Positions 1 to 11,800 of a stretch of 42,807 nt of DNA are shown here, piece after piece. A program made the translations under genes and the position numbers. The DNA comes from Octopus bimaculoides (lineage: Eukaryota). Below the pieces are notes generated by a model. That model did not search any database. It was given only the letters and a program-made list of their open reading frames with translations, and had not been told where the DNA came from. Location of the stretch: positions 292,338 to 335,144 of the forward strand of contig NC_068991.1 in the NCBI RefSeq assembly GCF_001194135.2. Reading direction: 5' to 3'. Position 1 is the stretch's first letter. Each line of letters opens with the position of its first letter.

Positions 1-423
1 CTCCCCCTCCCCCCTAATTTGTACAGCTCCGTTGTTGTGACCTCTCTTCCCTTCACACCAAACTCACCACCTTTTTTATAAAGTTTCGTTCTTTGTACTT
101 CCCTACTCTTCCTTTTTACTCCACATAGGAATCTTGGCAATCAGTGTGGGAAGAGGTTCTTCCCTGTTAGTTTCAGTTCCAGCTGACAGGTTCATTTTGT
201 CAGTCTTCGTATAAATCGTCCAAAAGAACTTGGAAAGTCTGCTATATCACCAATAAAACATAACAAAACTTCAAGGATGCCACTGTTAAGTTATTTTTTT
301 TTTCTCTTTGTCATTTAAAAAAAAATCTATTTTCTGTTTAGCAGGGTGCTGCATCTCAGCTCAGTGTAGAGCTGCACTCAATGAAATAGGAGCATGTTTG
401 TGTGTGTATCTATATATATAAGG

Positions 424-915
424 GACCAGGAAACTATGCTGGTTCTATGGAGAACATTTGCTCTCAACTATGGCCATCCCACAGAGTTAGTGTAATGGCA
501 GGAATCAAGGCAGTTCAGCAGTGTTACGCCAAGAAGATTGCATCAATGAAACACTTGAGCTACTGGGAGAGAGTGAAAGAATTGCGACTCTAGTTTCTAG
601 AGAAAAGGTAAAATAGATGTGTGGTGATATGGTAGACCCTTGAGAGGCTGGCACCAAACTGAAATCAAGAGTTATACCATCTGCTGAACAGGATGCCACT
701 GGCATTGTTGCAAATGTCTCACTCATCCTGTCTAGAATGAGGACCAGTTGCTGCAATATCTTGGGATTCAAAGGCCTATGGATATTTACTATTATGTCAA
801 AGCTTAATCTGCTCTCCAAGATCCCTGATGAACCTACATCATGGCAAGAAACTCAAATGAGGGTAGCAATATTGCTCTCCCTCATTTACCAAAAACCAAC
901 CAGACAGGAATGGCC
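424..915 (+). mobile_element. CR1/L2-like LINE, decayed 3' fragment
   Basis: Interrupted frames ..ICSQLWPSHRV..IKAVQQCYAKKIASMKHLSYWERVKELRL.. and ..LGFKG..SKLNLLSKIPDEPT.., typical of the region downstream of the RT domain in CR1/L2 ORF2; followed by (CA)n. Confidence 0.7.
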
Positions 916-926
916 ACTGAAACAGA

Positions 927-966
<40 letters not shown>

Positions 967-2179
967 CTGCATACATATATCATAGCAATACTGTTATGAA
1001 TGAAAAGCAGGTAACAATTCTGTCTGTAACTGGTGGGGGTGGAGGTGATCCTGGGGAATGCTAAGCTAGCAGTACTAACTGTGATTATGAATAAAGGAAT
1101 GCAAGAAATGTTGAAAATTAAAATAGTAATAATAGATTTATATATATGCATAGAACAAAAAATTAAATAAAAATTAAATGGTGATATCAAAATTAAATTC
1201 GTTAATAATAATGTCATACAGATAATTGTAACAATAAAGGGGACTTGTTACACTGTCATGGTGTAATGGTAACATAAATACTAATAATAAATATGGTAGT
1301 AACATGAGTGGTGAAAATAACAACCATTTTAATCATCTTTTCTATTACTACTAACAGTAGTTGAAGGAAATTATAAAAATGGTCATTATTTATATCACTC
1401 ACATGCAATTGTAGAAATAAAGCTGCATCTCCTAGGAAATGAATGTCTCAATAAAAACATTGTATCTAGACACAATCAAAAGAATGTACATGTATAAGTG
1501 CAATGTCTGATTTGTTTCTGTTTCAAAATATCAGTGGCATGCTCGTTGTGTCATTCAAAAGTAAAGTCAACAGGCATAATACATCTGTAGCCAATATGGA
1601 GTCTGATAGAAAAGAAGGTACAACACAGCATCTCTTGGGTTCATGATAAAAACCTGCAGACTCCAGATTATGCAATGTGAGTATTGACATTATTATTATT
1701 ACATTTAACCGTAACCATAAATTTGAAAAGAATTTCAGGAAATACAGGAAAAAAAAAAAAAATTTGGAGAATGATTGTTTTAGTAATATATAATATCCAT
1801 CTCTGAAAATTTGGAAATGGGATTTGAGAAAAAATAAGGATCTGAAAAATAATAAATAATGGGTTTTGAAAAACGTAGACCTTAATACACTTTTGACTTT
1901 AATAAATGTAAATATAAATGCTTCTGTACAACTTTACCTTTGTACTTTTGTCTAGAAATATGCAGATGTGTATAAGTGAATATCTTTTATGAGAATGCCT
2001 GTGTGTGTGATAGACAAAACAAAAACGGGGAAAACAAAAGTCAAAAGGACATACACAGATTGATGCCCAAAGAAAGTTTAAGATGGAAAAAGGGTGTGTG
2101 ACATTTCAAGCATGGCTCATTGTTGGAAAGAGGAAAAAATCAGGAGACAAGGAACAGAATAGTCTTAGAAAAATACGCA

Positions 2180-2360
2180 TGTGTGCCAAAGGCACGTAAA
2201 AAGCACCCATTACACTCTTGGAGTGGTTGATGTTAGGAAGGGCTTCCAGCCATAGAAACCCTGCCAAATCAAATTGGAACCTGGTGCAGTTCTTCAGCTT
2301 GCCAGTTTCTGTCAAACCATCCAACCCATACCAGCATGGAAAGCAGATGCTGAAAGATTA
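2180..2360 (+). mobile_element. SINE / RTE-type 3'-tail repeat, copy a
   Basis: Core ggcacgtaaaaagcaccc..gttaggaagggcatccagc..ccaacccatgccagcatggaaagc, shared with about 10 other copies in the window. Confidence 0.75.
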
Positions 2361-2377
2361 CGATATATCATCATGAG

Positions 2378-2700
2378 CATCATTTAATGTCTGTTGTCCA
2401 TGCTGGGATGGGTTGGACAGTTTGACCAGAGCTGGTAAGCTGATGGGTTGCACCAGACTCTAGTCTGATTTGACATGGTTTCTACAGCTGGATGCCAACC
2501 ACTCCGAGAGTGTAATGGGTGCTTTCTATATGCCAGTTGCATGACACGACTGATTTCATTTGTCTTGATGGGTCTTCCTCTCAAACATGGCATATTGCCA
2601 AAGGTCTTGGTCATTTGTCATTGCGTCCATGAGGCCCAACGCTTGAAAGGTGCCTCGTATGTGTCATCAGCATGCTTGCTAGTTAACAACACTGGCACCA
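2378..2700 (-). mobile_element. Same repeat family, inverted copy b
   Basis: Reverse complement of the family core, with tail catcatttaatgtc at the left end. Confidence 0.75.
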
Positions 2701-2784
2701 GACACATTGCCTCAGAAGGTCCTGCTTATGTGCCAGTTGTATGCTATTGGCACTAGCCATAACTATGATTTCACTTGGCTTGAC

Positions 2785-2867
<83 letters not shown>

Positions 2868-2869
<2 letters not shown>

Positions 2870-3085
2870 CGTGCCAGTGGCATGTAAAAAGCACTATCCG
2901 AATGACTGGCTCCCATGCCGGTGGCACGTAAAAAGCACCCACTACACCCTGAGTGGTTGGCGTTAGGAAGGGCATCCAGCTGTAGAAACATTGCCAGATC
3001 AGATTGGAGCCTGGTTTTCCAGACCTCGGACAAACTGTCCAACTTGTGCCAGTATGGAAAACAGACGTCAAACGATGATGATAAT
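2868..3085 (+). mobile_element. Same repeat family, copy c
   Basis: gtgccggtggcacgtaaaaagcaccc..ggcgttaggaagggcatccagctgtagaaac..gacgtcaaacgatgatgat; follows (CT)n(AT)n at 2787-2867. Confidence 0.8.
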
Positions 3086-3614
3086 AAAAATTAATATAAA
3101 CAGCTAAGTGTTTATAACAGAAAAATTCATTCGACACTAAGGGTGTCAACACACGTAAATTGTTAGGAATAAGAGTTTAAATATTTTTAATGCTGTGTCT
3201 CTTCCATAGATCTCTTCAGTGAGGACTGCTTGAACAGCACCTACAGACACACACATATATATAAGAGAGAGATGAATGTCTTTCCCTTAGCAGTTCTGTA
3301 AGGGTGTATGTTTAAATACTAATTTAATTGATATGTGATATTTTTAGTTGCTATTTGTTTTAATACTATATACATGTAGTGTGGCTTGAAAATTGGTTTA
3401 GGATTCCTTAAATATTCTCCATAATTTCAATTATTGTTTTCATTTATTAATTTGTTACTTAGTAAGGAAATAACTGTCTAGAAAAATGTGTGTCCATAAG
3501 AGTGGGAGAGCATGATAAATATTTTTACAAGCAGTTTGCTATTAAATCAGTTGTGGATGAAAAACTTATGACATTGAACTCAAAATAACTCACAGCAGCC
3601 TCAAATTATGTAGT

Positions 3615-4100
3615 TTGAGGTGGTATCAAAAGGTCCCTGGACTAGCTATGTTAAGAAAAAAAAAAGAACTTGTTTACCTAAGTTTTAAACATTATTTCCT
3701 TTGAAATAGTCACCTTGCACAGCAATACACCTGTGCCAGTACTCCTGTCTCTTTTGGAATCCAGCCTGGAAGTCATTTTCTGTGAGTGAGTTGAGGACCT
3801 TCTGTAATTCACTCTGAATCATGACAACAGTATTAAAATGGTGACCTTTGAGCTGCATTATCATCTTGGGCAAGAGATGGAAAATTGCAGGAGCAAAATC
3901 TGGCGAATAATGTGGGTGTGGAAGTGATATGATGTTGTTTTTGGTGAGAAACTCATGAAAGGAGAGAGTTTGGTGAAGAAACCAATTCTTTGTGTGCCAT
4001 GCTTCAAAACATCGCAGTAGAACTCTGAATTGATGGCCTGGCCCTGGGGGATGAATTCTCAATGCACAAAACCATATTTCCAGGGGAGGTAATGCTTGTG
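3615..4100 (-). mobile_element. Mariner transposon, decayed 3' fragment with one terminal repeat
   Basis: ORF contains ..LPHPHYSPDFAPAIFHLLPKMIMQLKGHHF..GDYFKG (YSPDLAP motif); TIR-like ttgaggtggtatcaaaaggtccctggac at 3615-3642. Confidence 0.85.
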
Positions 4101-4139
4101 GCAAATCTTGCAGATTGCTCATCATTCTTCCAGGGATGT

Positions 4140-4510
4140 TCTTCTGGTTTTGAAGCGTCTGTGTCACTCAAAACATTGTGTAGGTCCCAGGTCTTCCTGG
4201 ATCTCCCTCCACTTGAGTGACTGGCACTTCTTTATGCAACTCTCCTCATCCATCTGTGTCACATGACCAAACCAGCAAGGTCCCCTTTGAGGCACACTCC
4301 ATCTGATTCCTCTTATACTGACTTCTCTGTTGCACATGCACCCTGACATCCCCACATCAAGTGGAGCATCCCAGCTTCATTCCTCTCCAGCCTTCACGTC
4401 TTCTGCATTCAGGGCCCACATCTTGCTACCATGCAACACCACAGTTTGTGCACATGCACCATATAATCTTCCCTTCTCTTGGAGAAAGAGATCTTAGGTT
4501 GCCAACAGAA
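4140..4510 (-). mobile_element. RTE-like LINE ORF 3' fragment
   Basis: ..WFGHVTQMDEESCIKKCQSLK.. matches the RTE C-terminal LRWFGHV.RM motif; related to 12390-13200. Confidence 0.65.
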
Positions 4511-4529
4511 GTATATCTCTATCTCTATT

Positions 4530-4847
4530 TATACATTTATATATTTTTACAACTGAATGCATATATATTTTAGCATATGTAATTACACATGTAAAAATAT
4601 ATGCATTTCCTAATTGTGGGAACCAGCGAAATGGAACCTAGTATTTTAAGTGTGTGTGTTTGTTTATATATATATCATCATCATCATCGTTTAATGATGA
4701 TGATGATATATATATAAACAAACACACACACTTAAAATACTAGGTTCCATTTCGCTGGTTCCCACAATTAGGAAATGCATATATTTTTACATGTGTAATT
4801 ACATATGCTAAAATATATATGCATTCAGTTGTAAAAATATATAAATG

Positions 4848-4851
<4 letters not shown>
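4530..4851. repeat. Perfect inverted repeat, 158-bp arms with 6-nt loop
   Basis: 4530-4687 is the exact reverse complement of 4694-4851 (checked by eye); loop cgttta. Confidence 0.95.
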
Positions 4852-4909
<58 letters not shown>

Positions 4910-4911
<2 letters not shown>

Positions 4912-6145
4912 GGGTTGGCAAGCAAGTAATTTGTTTTTTTTGCAAATAGATAAAGTTACGATTTTGTTCCTTTTGACATTTGATAGCCATTACCTTTAGC
5001 TTACTTTAGAAGCAAATTGTGTGTAAATTTGTTTGCAGCTGTTAGTTCAGTGTCAATTTTAACATGGAGTGCAAAAAGGAACATTTTTGCCATATTTTGC
5101 TTTTTTCTTTCCCATAAAGGCAAGAAAGCTGCTGACGTTCACAAAGAGATATGTGGAGTTTATGGTGTTGATTGCTTGACAGAATACACATGTCAGAAAT
5201 GGTTTGAAAAATTCTGTTCTGGAGATTGTTTGCTCAAAGATGACCAACATTCTGGTTGACCTATTGAAGATGATGATGATGACTGAATTAAAGCCATAAT
5301 TGAATTTGATTGTCATATAACTGTGCGAGAGATTGCAGAGAGGTTCAATGTATCACACACAACAATTGAAAATCACTTAAAATGTCTTGGACTCATTAAG
5401 AAGCTCGATATTTGGATTCCACAGGAATTGAAAGAGATTCACTTAACACAACGAATCAATATTTGCAATATACATCAAATGCAATGAAATTGACCTTTTT
5501 TTTTAAACGAATCATCACTGGTGATGAAAAATGGATTGTCTACAATAACACAAACGAAAATGATGATGGTCCAAGCGTAATGAACGAGCACAAACCACGT
5601 CAAAAGCTGAATTGCATCAATAAAAGGTCATGCTGTCAATTTGGTGGGATTGAAAAGGTTTTTGTGTATTTTGAGCTGCTTCCAAGGAACAAAACCATTC
5701 AGATATTTATTGTCAATAACTCCTGAAACTGGAGGAAGCAATAAAAAACCATCGGCAAGAATTGTTCCACCATCACAACACTAAGACCACATATGTCTTT
5801 GCTAACTCGTGGAGAATTACTGGAGCTTGGTTGAGAAGTGATGTCATCCACCGTATAGAACTGATCTTGCACCATCAGATTACCATTTATTTCAAAGTTT
5901 GCAAAGTTCTTTGGATGGTAAAATATTTCAATAATGATGATGACTGGAAATCGAACTTGTTTCAGTTTTTGGCTGAAAAGGACCAGAAGTTCTCTGAGCA
6001 GAGAAGCATGAAGTTGCGAGAAAGATGGCAAAAGATCATTGAAAACAATGGAAAATATGTAATTGATTAAAGTTCATTCCTTCTTTGAAAAAAAAAAAAA
6101 ATGATTTCACACTAAAAATCCGAAATTACTTTCTTGCCAACCTTA
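4910..6145 (+). mobile_element. Full-length inactivated mariner (Hsmar1/cecropia-like TIRs), about 1.24 kb
   Basis: TIRs ttgggttggcaagcaagtaatttg / cgaaattactttcttgccaacctta; broken transposase with HTH region (KEICGVYG..TCQKWFEKFCSGD), LDIWIPQEL (WVPHEL motif) and RIITGDEKWIVY; many stops and frameshifts. Confidence 0.92.
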
Positions 6146-6837
6146 TATATATTTGTGTGTGTGTGTGTGTATATATATCTTTAGGCACCGGCATGGCTGT
6201 GCAGAAGGAAGCTTGCTTCCCAACCACATTTCCTGTGAACTCTCACAGTTCACAGGAGATTGTCGATAAGTGATGCTGTTTATTTTACTAATATTAACGT
6301 TTGAATTTATTTATTTAATAACATTATCTTTTTCTATGGATTTCTGTTCACAAAGATCTTTTAGTCCACAGATATTATTTTAGATGAATCATAACTTTAA
6401 CTTGAATGATTAGTATTAAGCGTTTACATTTCATTTCTTGTACTAACGAGAGCTTTCTCCTACAAATACTGATATAAGATACGTTATTTAAATTCTTATT
6501 TTTTCCAGAGACTTGATGAGTGACCGTATTTTGAGTAGAATATAATCTGGATCAATTTATTGTGAATTGTACTGGATCTTTCTGCCATAATGTGGCCAGG
6601 AAACGCACAAAGTCAACACTTTACCTTCTATTTTATCAATTTACTAAGTTGAATTAAATTTTAGTCTTAATATTTTATAGATTTTTATGGATTTTATACT
6701 TTTCTTTTAGATTTCATAGATTTTTAATTAGTATTTTGAAGGTTTTTCTTGATGGGGGTTTCCTTCCTTCGTTGTTTGAATTGTCTGTTGGTGGTTCTTC
6801 TCTAAACTCTATTTATATGCATCTATGTAATATTTGT

Positions 6838-7364
6838 NNNNNNNNNNNNNNNNNNNNNNNNNNNNNNNNNNNNNNNNNNNNNNNNNNNNNNNNNNNNNNN
6901 NNNNNNNNNNNNNNNNNNNNNNNNNNNNNNNNNNNNNNNNNNNNNNNNNNNNNNNNNNNNNNNNNNNNNNNNNNNNNNNNNNNNNNNNNNNNNNNNNNNN
7001 NNNNNNNNNNNNNNNNNNNNNNNNNNNNNNNNNNNNNNNNNNNNNNNNNNNNNNNNNNNNNNNNNNNNNNNNNNNNNNNNNNNNNNNNNNNNNNNNNNNN
7101 NNNNNNNNNNNNNNNNNNNNNNNNNNNNNNNNNNNNNNNNNNNNNNNNNNNNNNNNNNNNNNNNNNNNNNNNNNNNNNNNNNNNNNNNNNNNNNNNNNNN
7201 NNNNNNNNNNNNNNNNNNNNNNNNNNNNNNNNNNNNNNNNNNNNNNNNNNNNNNNNNNNNNNNNNNNNNNNNNNNNNNNNNNNNNNNNNNNNNNNNNNNN
7301 NNNNNNNNNNNNNNNNNNNNNNNNNNNNNNNNNNNNNNNNNNNNNNNNNNNNNNNNNNNNNNNN
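6838..7364. other. Assembly gap (527 N)
   Basis: Run of N flanked on the right by TA/CA microsatellite. Confidence 1.
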
Positions 7365-7437
7365 ACACATATATATATATATATACACACATATATATAT
7401 ATATATACACATATATATATATACACACATATATATA

Positions 7438-8306
7438 ATGTAATGCTCCAGCCTGCACCAGGAAATCCATATATGGAACCAGCTATCTTGGTTGAAGGAA
7501 CAATTCTGAAGGTAGTAGACAAGTTTGTCTACCTGGGCAGCACACTCAGCCGTTCTTGCTCCTTGGATGAGGAAATATCTTTCAGGTTGCAGAGAGCAAC
7601 TGATTCCTTCCGGTCTCTTCAGTCTCGTCTCTGGTCCCAGCATGGCATCGCAATGCAAACAAAAGTTGCTGTGTACCATGCATGTGTGCTGACATCGCTC
7701 CTCTACTCATGTGAGACATGGACTCTGTACAAACGTCAGGTAAGGGTCCTTGAATGCTTTCATCAGAGATGTCTCAGGCACATTCTCAATGTTGACTGGA
7801 CCTCAAGGATTCCAAACACACAGGTCCTGAGGACAGCTGATATCTTGAGTATTGAGGCAATGGTGCACAAGCACCGGTTACATTGGACTGGACACCTTAT
7901 TAGAATGAACGATAGCAGGATTCCTAAGGAGGTGCTCTATGGAGAACTTGTGAATGGAAGGAGACGCCGTCAGAAACCAAGGCCTGTGATATGCAGGACA
8001 CTGACTGGGAGAACAATGCCTTTCATCGCCACAGATGGAGGAAGCAGGTTAAGGAGGAGATCGACACTTTTGAGAGAGCGCGTATCCAGCATGAAGAATT
8101 TAAGCGAGCTGCATGAATGCGCACGGCTCGTGTAGTGAATGGGGAAAGCTTGGTCTGCAATGTTTGCAGTTGTGTATGCTTGTCAAGAGCAGGGCTCATT
8201 AGCCACCAACGGAGCCGCAAAGGCAAAATATAAGTTAGTCCTAGAGCTCACAATGTTCCTGAAGGTTGGCAATGGTCTTCCTCAGTCACGAGTGGACGGC
8301 CATCAA
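7438..8306 (+). mobile_element. RTE-clade LINE, 5'-truncated 3' end
   Basis: About 180 uninterrupted codons (VDKFVYLGSTLS..LLYSCETWTLY..RLHWTGHLIRM..RIPKEVLYGEL), then an internal deletion/frameshift and a C-terminal CNVCSCVCLSRAGLISHQR zinc-finger-like motif; 3' UTR runs into a TA/CAT repeat. Confidence 0.9.
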
Positions 8307-8368
8307 ATATATACATACGTATGTATATATATATCATCATCATCATCATCATCGTTTAACGTCCGCTT

Positions 8369-8468
8369 NNNNNNNNNNNNNNNNNNNNNNNNNNNNNNNN
8401 NNNNNNNNNNNNNNNNNNNNNNNNNNNNNNNNNNNNNNNNNNNNNNNNNNNNNNNNNNNNNNNNNNNN
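8369..8468. other. Assembly gap (100 N)
   Basis: Preceded by a SINE tail (cat)n cgtttaacgtccgc and followed by (TACG)n. Confidence 1.
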
Positions 8469-8642
8469 TACGTACGTACGTACGTACGTACGTAAGTATA
8501 CATTCCTAAAAAAAATGTTTGTCTTTAAATAAATTATATGCACTTACAGTAGATTACACACAACCTCTAAATTATTAGAATCCTTTGCAATGTCTTGTAA
8601 TTTATATTAGAAACAAACAAAATCGTGTTTATCGAAATTCTC

Positions 8643-8648
8643 TTTATT
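8643..8648 (-). terminator. Candidate polyadenylation signal AATAAA for LOXHD1
   Basis: tttatt on + strand, about 60 nt downstream of the stop codon; such hexamers are common in AT-rich DNA. Confidence 0.4.
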
Positions 8649-8705
8649 GAGGAAAGCAAAAACTACAAGTAAAAGGTCTCGTGGCCAGCTTGTTTCGTAG
8701 GATTT

Positions 8706-8899
8706 TTACCTGACAATTTTCCACTTGATCTTTGGTTGTAAAAATATTGATGTGGTTCCCTTTTTCTTGTCTAGCCAAGTTTTACAGGGGAATATTGATT
8801 TCTCCCGTGTGGTTTTATTGATTATTTCAATGCGATCCAAGAACCAACCGGAACCAAAACCAGAACTATCATGTTCAATGAAAAGACTTCGCAACTTCC
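8706..8899 (-). CDS. LOXHD1: LOXHD1 exon 23, probable terminal coding exon
   Basis: ttttgcag|GG...TAA; [63 protein letters not shown]. Confidence 0.9.
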
Positions 8900-11800
8900 C
8901 TGCAAAATGGAAATTTAGTTTTGTTTTAAAGACATGGAGATAGAAAATATAAAGTAGTTATCTTAATTACAACATCCTTTATTAATTCCAATAAAGATGA
9001 AGTCTAAACCTTTCATTCCCCCCTACCTCCTCCTTTTCATGTTACAGCCATCAAAGACCTTTAAAAAGACAGACTTTGCATGGGTTTCTTTTAGTAGACG
9101 CAACGGATGACAGTCTTTAGTTGTCTCTTTATGCTGGATTGTAAAATAACTGACAAACTTGGAGGACCAACAGGAGATGTGGAAGATGTGAAAGAAGACC
9201 ATATTCCCGTGAAGCAATGGTTGGTTTAGGTGGTGATATGAAAGCCTGACAGACAGGAAGAGTAGTGAGGTCTTATGGGATTGAAGAGTAAGTGAAGGTT
9301 TACCATTGGAGGGTGTCTGTTTACAGAAGATGAGTGTTTAATGGCAGATAATAAAGGATAGATGGAGAGGAAAAGATGACCAGACGGGAAATATTGGAGG
9401 AGCTGAAGGTGAGTCAAAACATGGGGAAGTGGTCATGTGCAGTGTTTGTGTACCTAGATTTTTGTCATCAGAGACAAAAGATTCAATACTTTTAGACACC
9501 CATCCGCACACATAAATCTGTCTCCAGTTTATTTCTCCAAAGGGAATTAAGATGGCATTGCTTTCAGGACTGACCAGTTTCTGTTCTACACACACACACA
9601 CACACACACATTTGTAATCACCTACACGTTTGCACATACCACTAAATTGAAGGAAATAATGTATTCCTCCTTCACTGACATCAGATTTTATGATGACTTA
9701 GAGACATCAGATCTTTGACTATGATGAAAACAATCTGTTGTCTCTAACGTGTCAAAATTTGATAAAACTGTCCAGAGGAGGGATGGAAAGAATTTTTTTT
9801 TTTAATAGCTCATTCTTGAATTGCCCCCTTTCTCTTGGTATACTAAACGTTGTGTAAACAAGGTATAAATTCAACACAACCCTATGCATGCCCCACACGT
9901 TGGGAATCCTGGACCTAAGTTATAAAACATCATTTCCTTTGAAATAGTCACCGGTCCCAGCATTGCTGCCACTTTTGCAATCAGGCCTGGAATTGTTTTG
10001 TGTGAGTTGAGGATGTTCCGCAATTTGCTCAGAATCTCGACAATGGCAACCTGTGAGCTGCATTTTCGTCTTTGGGAAGAGATGGAAGTCTGCAGGTGCA
10101 GAAGTGATAATACCATGCTGTTTTTGGCAAGGAACTGCCGAGTGAGGAGGAGAGCTTGGATGACAGGGTGCAATTGTCATTGTAAAGAATTTAGTTCTTC
10201 ATGGTGCACACACATCTTGTCACTTTGCCAAATGTCCTCCTTTAAATGCCTCAAAACATTGCAGTAAAGCTCTCAATTGATGGTCTGGTTANNNNNNNNN
10301 NNNNNNNNNNNNNNNNNNNNNNNNNNNNNNNNNNNNNNNNNNNNNNNNNNNNNNNNNNNNNNNNNNNNNNNNNNNCGAGCATGCTCTTGATGGAGCTGCG
10401 GCTCTGTCATGCTTTCTTTGGGTCATGAAGATGAAAGCCTCCTCTTCCATTTTTGATGACTGCTGTTTTGTCTCAGGGCCATGCATACAGACCCCCAACT
10501 CTTGCCACCAGTAATGGTCCTTGGCATGAAGGATGGGTCATCGACATGGTGGTCAGCAGGCAGGGGACAAACTTGGCAGAGACCTGTCTCTGTAGCAGAC
10601 TTCCCAGATTTTACGTTGGCTCCTTATTCCAACTTCCTGTCCATGACAAAATCGCATCCAGTGATGGATGTTAAGATGAGGTTGCTGGGCCATACATTGA
10701 GGAAATATGGAAGCAGAAAGAAATTGGAGATGCTGGAGGAGGTAGTGAGGACAAGATCTGTAAGGGTGGGGGTGATAGAGACGCTAAGACAACGGTGAAG
10801 ACTTATGGGACACCGCTTTAGCACAGAGAATGGTCTTAAATTAACATGGTATCTCTTGGAGAAGTAAGGAAATATTTAAGGAACACTCAGAAAAGAATGC
10901 CAAATAAATATGGTTGCATTTACAAACTTTATATTTCAGAGAAAAAGAAATTAATGAATTTGCTACTCAAATAAATTGATAAGATTAATTCTTTTTAATG
11001 TTCCTTCTCCTGGTTCTTAAAAATGACAGATTTTTCATGGTAATGTTCACATTTAAATGAGCACTAATTTGGTGTTTGGAATATGATAATTGTTTCACTA
11101 AATCACTCCAAATTCATAAGTATGAAAATAATTTAAAATACATAAGGCTGTGTATTTGATTAGAAATATACAAATTCATATATTGGTTGGCTTCCTGGTA
11201 AAATCCATAGCATTTGCATGAAATGTGTTAATGAAAATAATATTTAACACAATTATAAAAAAAACTAGGAATAGACTTGATATGGTTCATGGTAAGATAT
11301 TGTAGCGTGGACGTTTTGTTTTAGCTGTGAGCCTCTCAGAAAATATATTTCTGAAAATTTACCTAATTAATGTAAATATGAGCCCCATTCATCAATTTCT
11401 CATTAAAAATATTTAATAGAAGATAAATTGTTATTTTGGAGATAATATTTGTTAAAATATTTGTCATGGTTTTGTTGTTTATAAAATAGAAATATTTTTA
11501 AACTAAGAAAGAAATGAATAAAATCAATGGCATTGAAAATATTTCTCTATTTCTAGAGGAATTGGTATGAAGAGATAAAGGTGAGGTGTTTAGAAAATTC
11601 GAATCCAGTCCTGACAATTGTACTCACCCAATTCAAGACATTTGATAAGAAACGTGTCTTTCTGATTTCTCTCAAATAAATCTCGAAATCTTTGTTTCAA
11701 TGCTTGCCTGCCTGTTTCTCCATCTTCTCCAAATATATTGATGTAGACATTGGCATCTGTTCCTGCATGTTTTACATCTCCAGTGTATACTTGTATTTCA

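Noticed and set aside
342-1676. Plus-strand exon-like segments (acceptor near 341-344; tcag at about 1533 to gtgagt at about 1677) of a convergent neighbouring gene
   Set aside because: Frames are short or stopped, no recognisable protein, and no consistent multi-exon model could be built.
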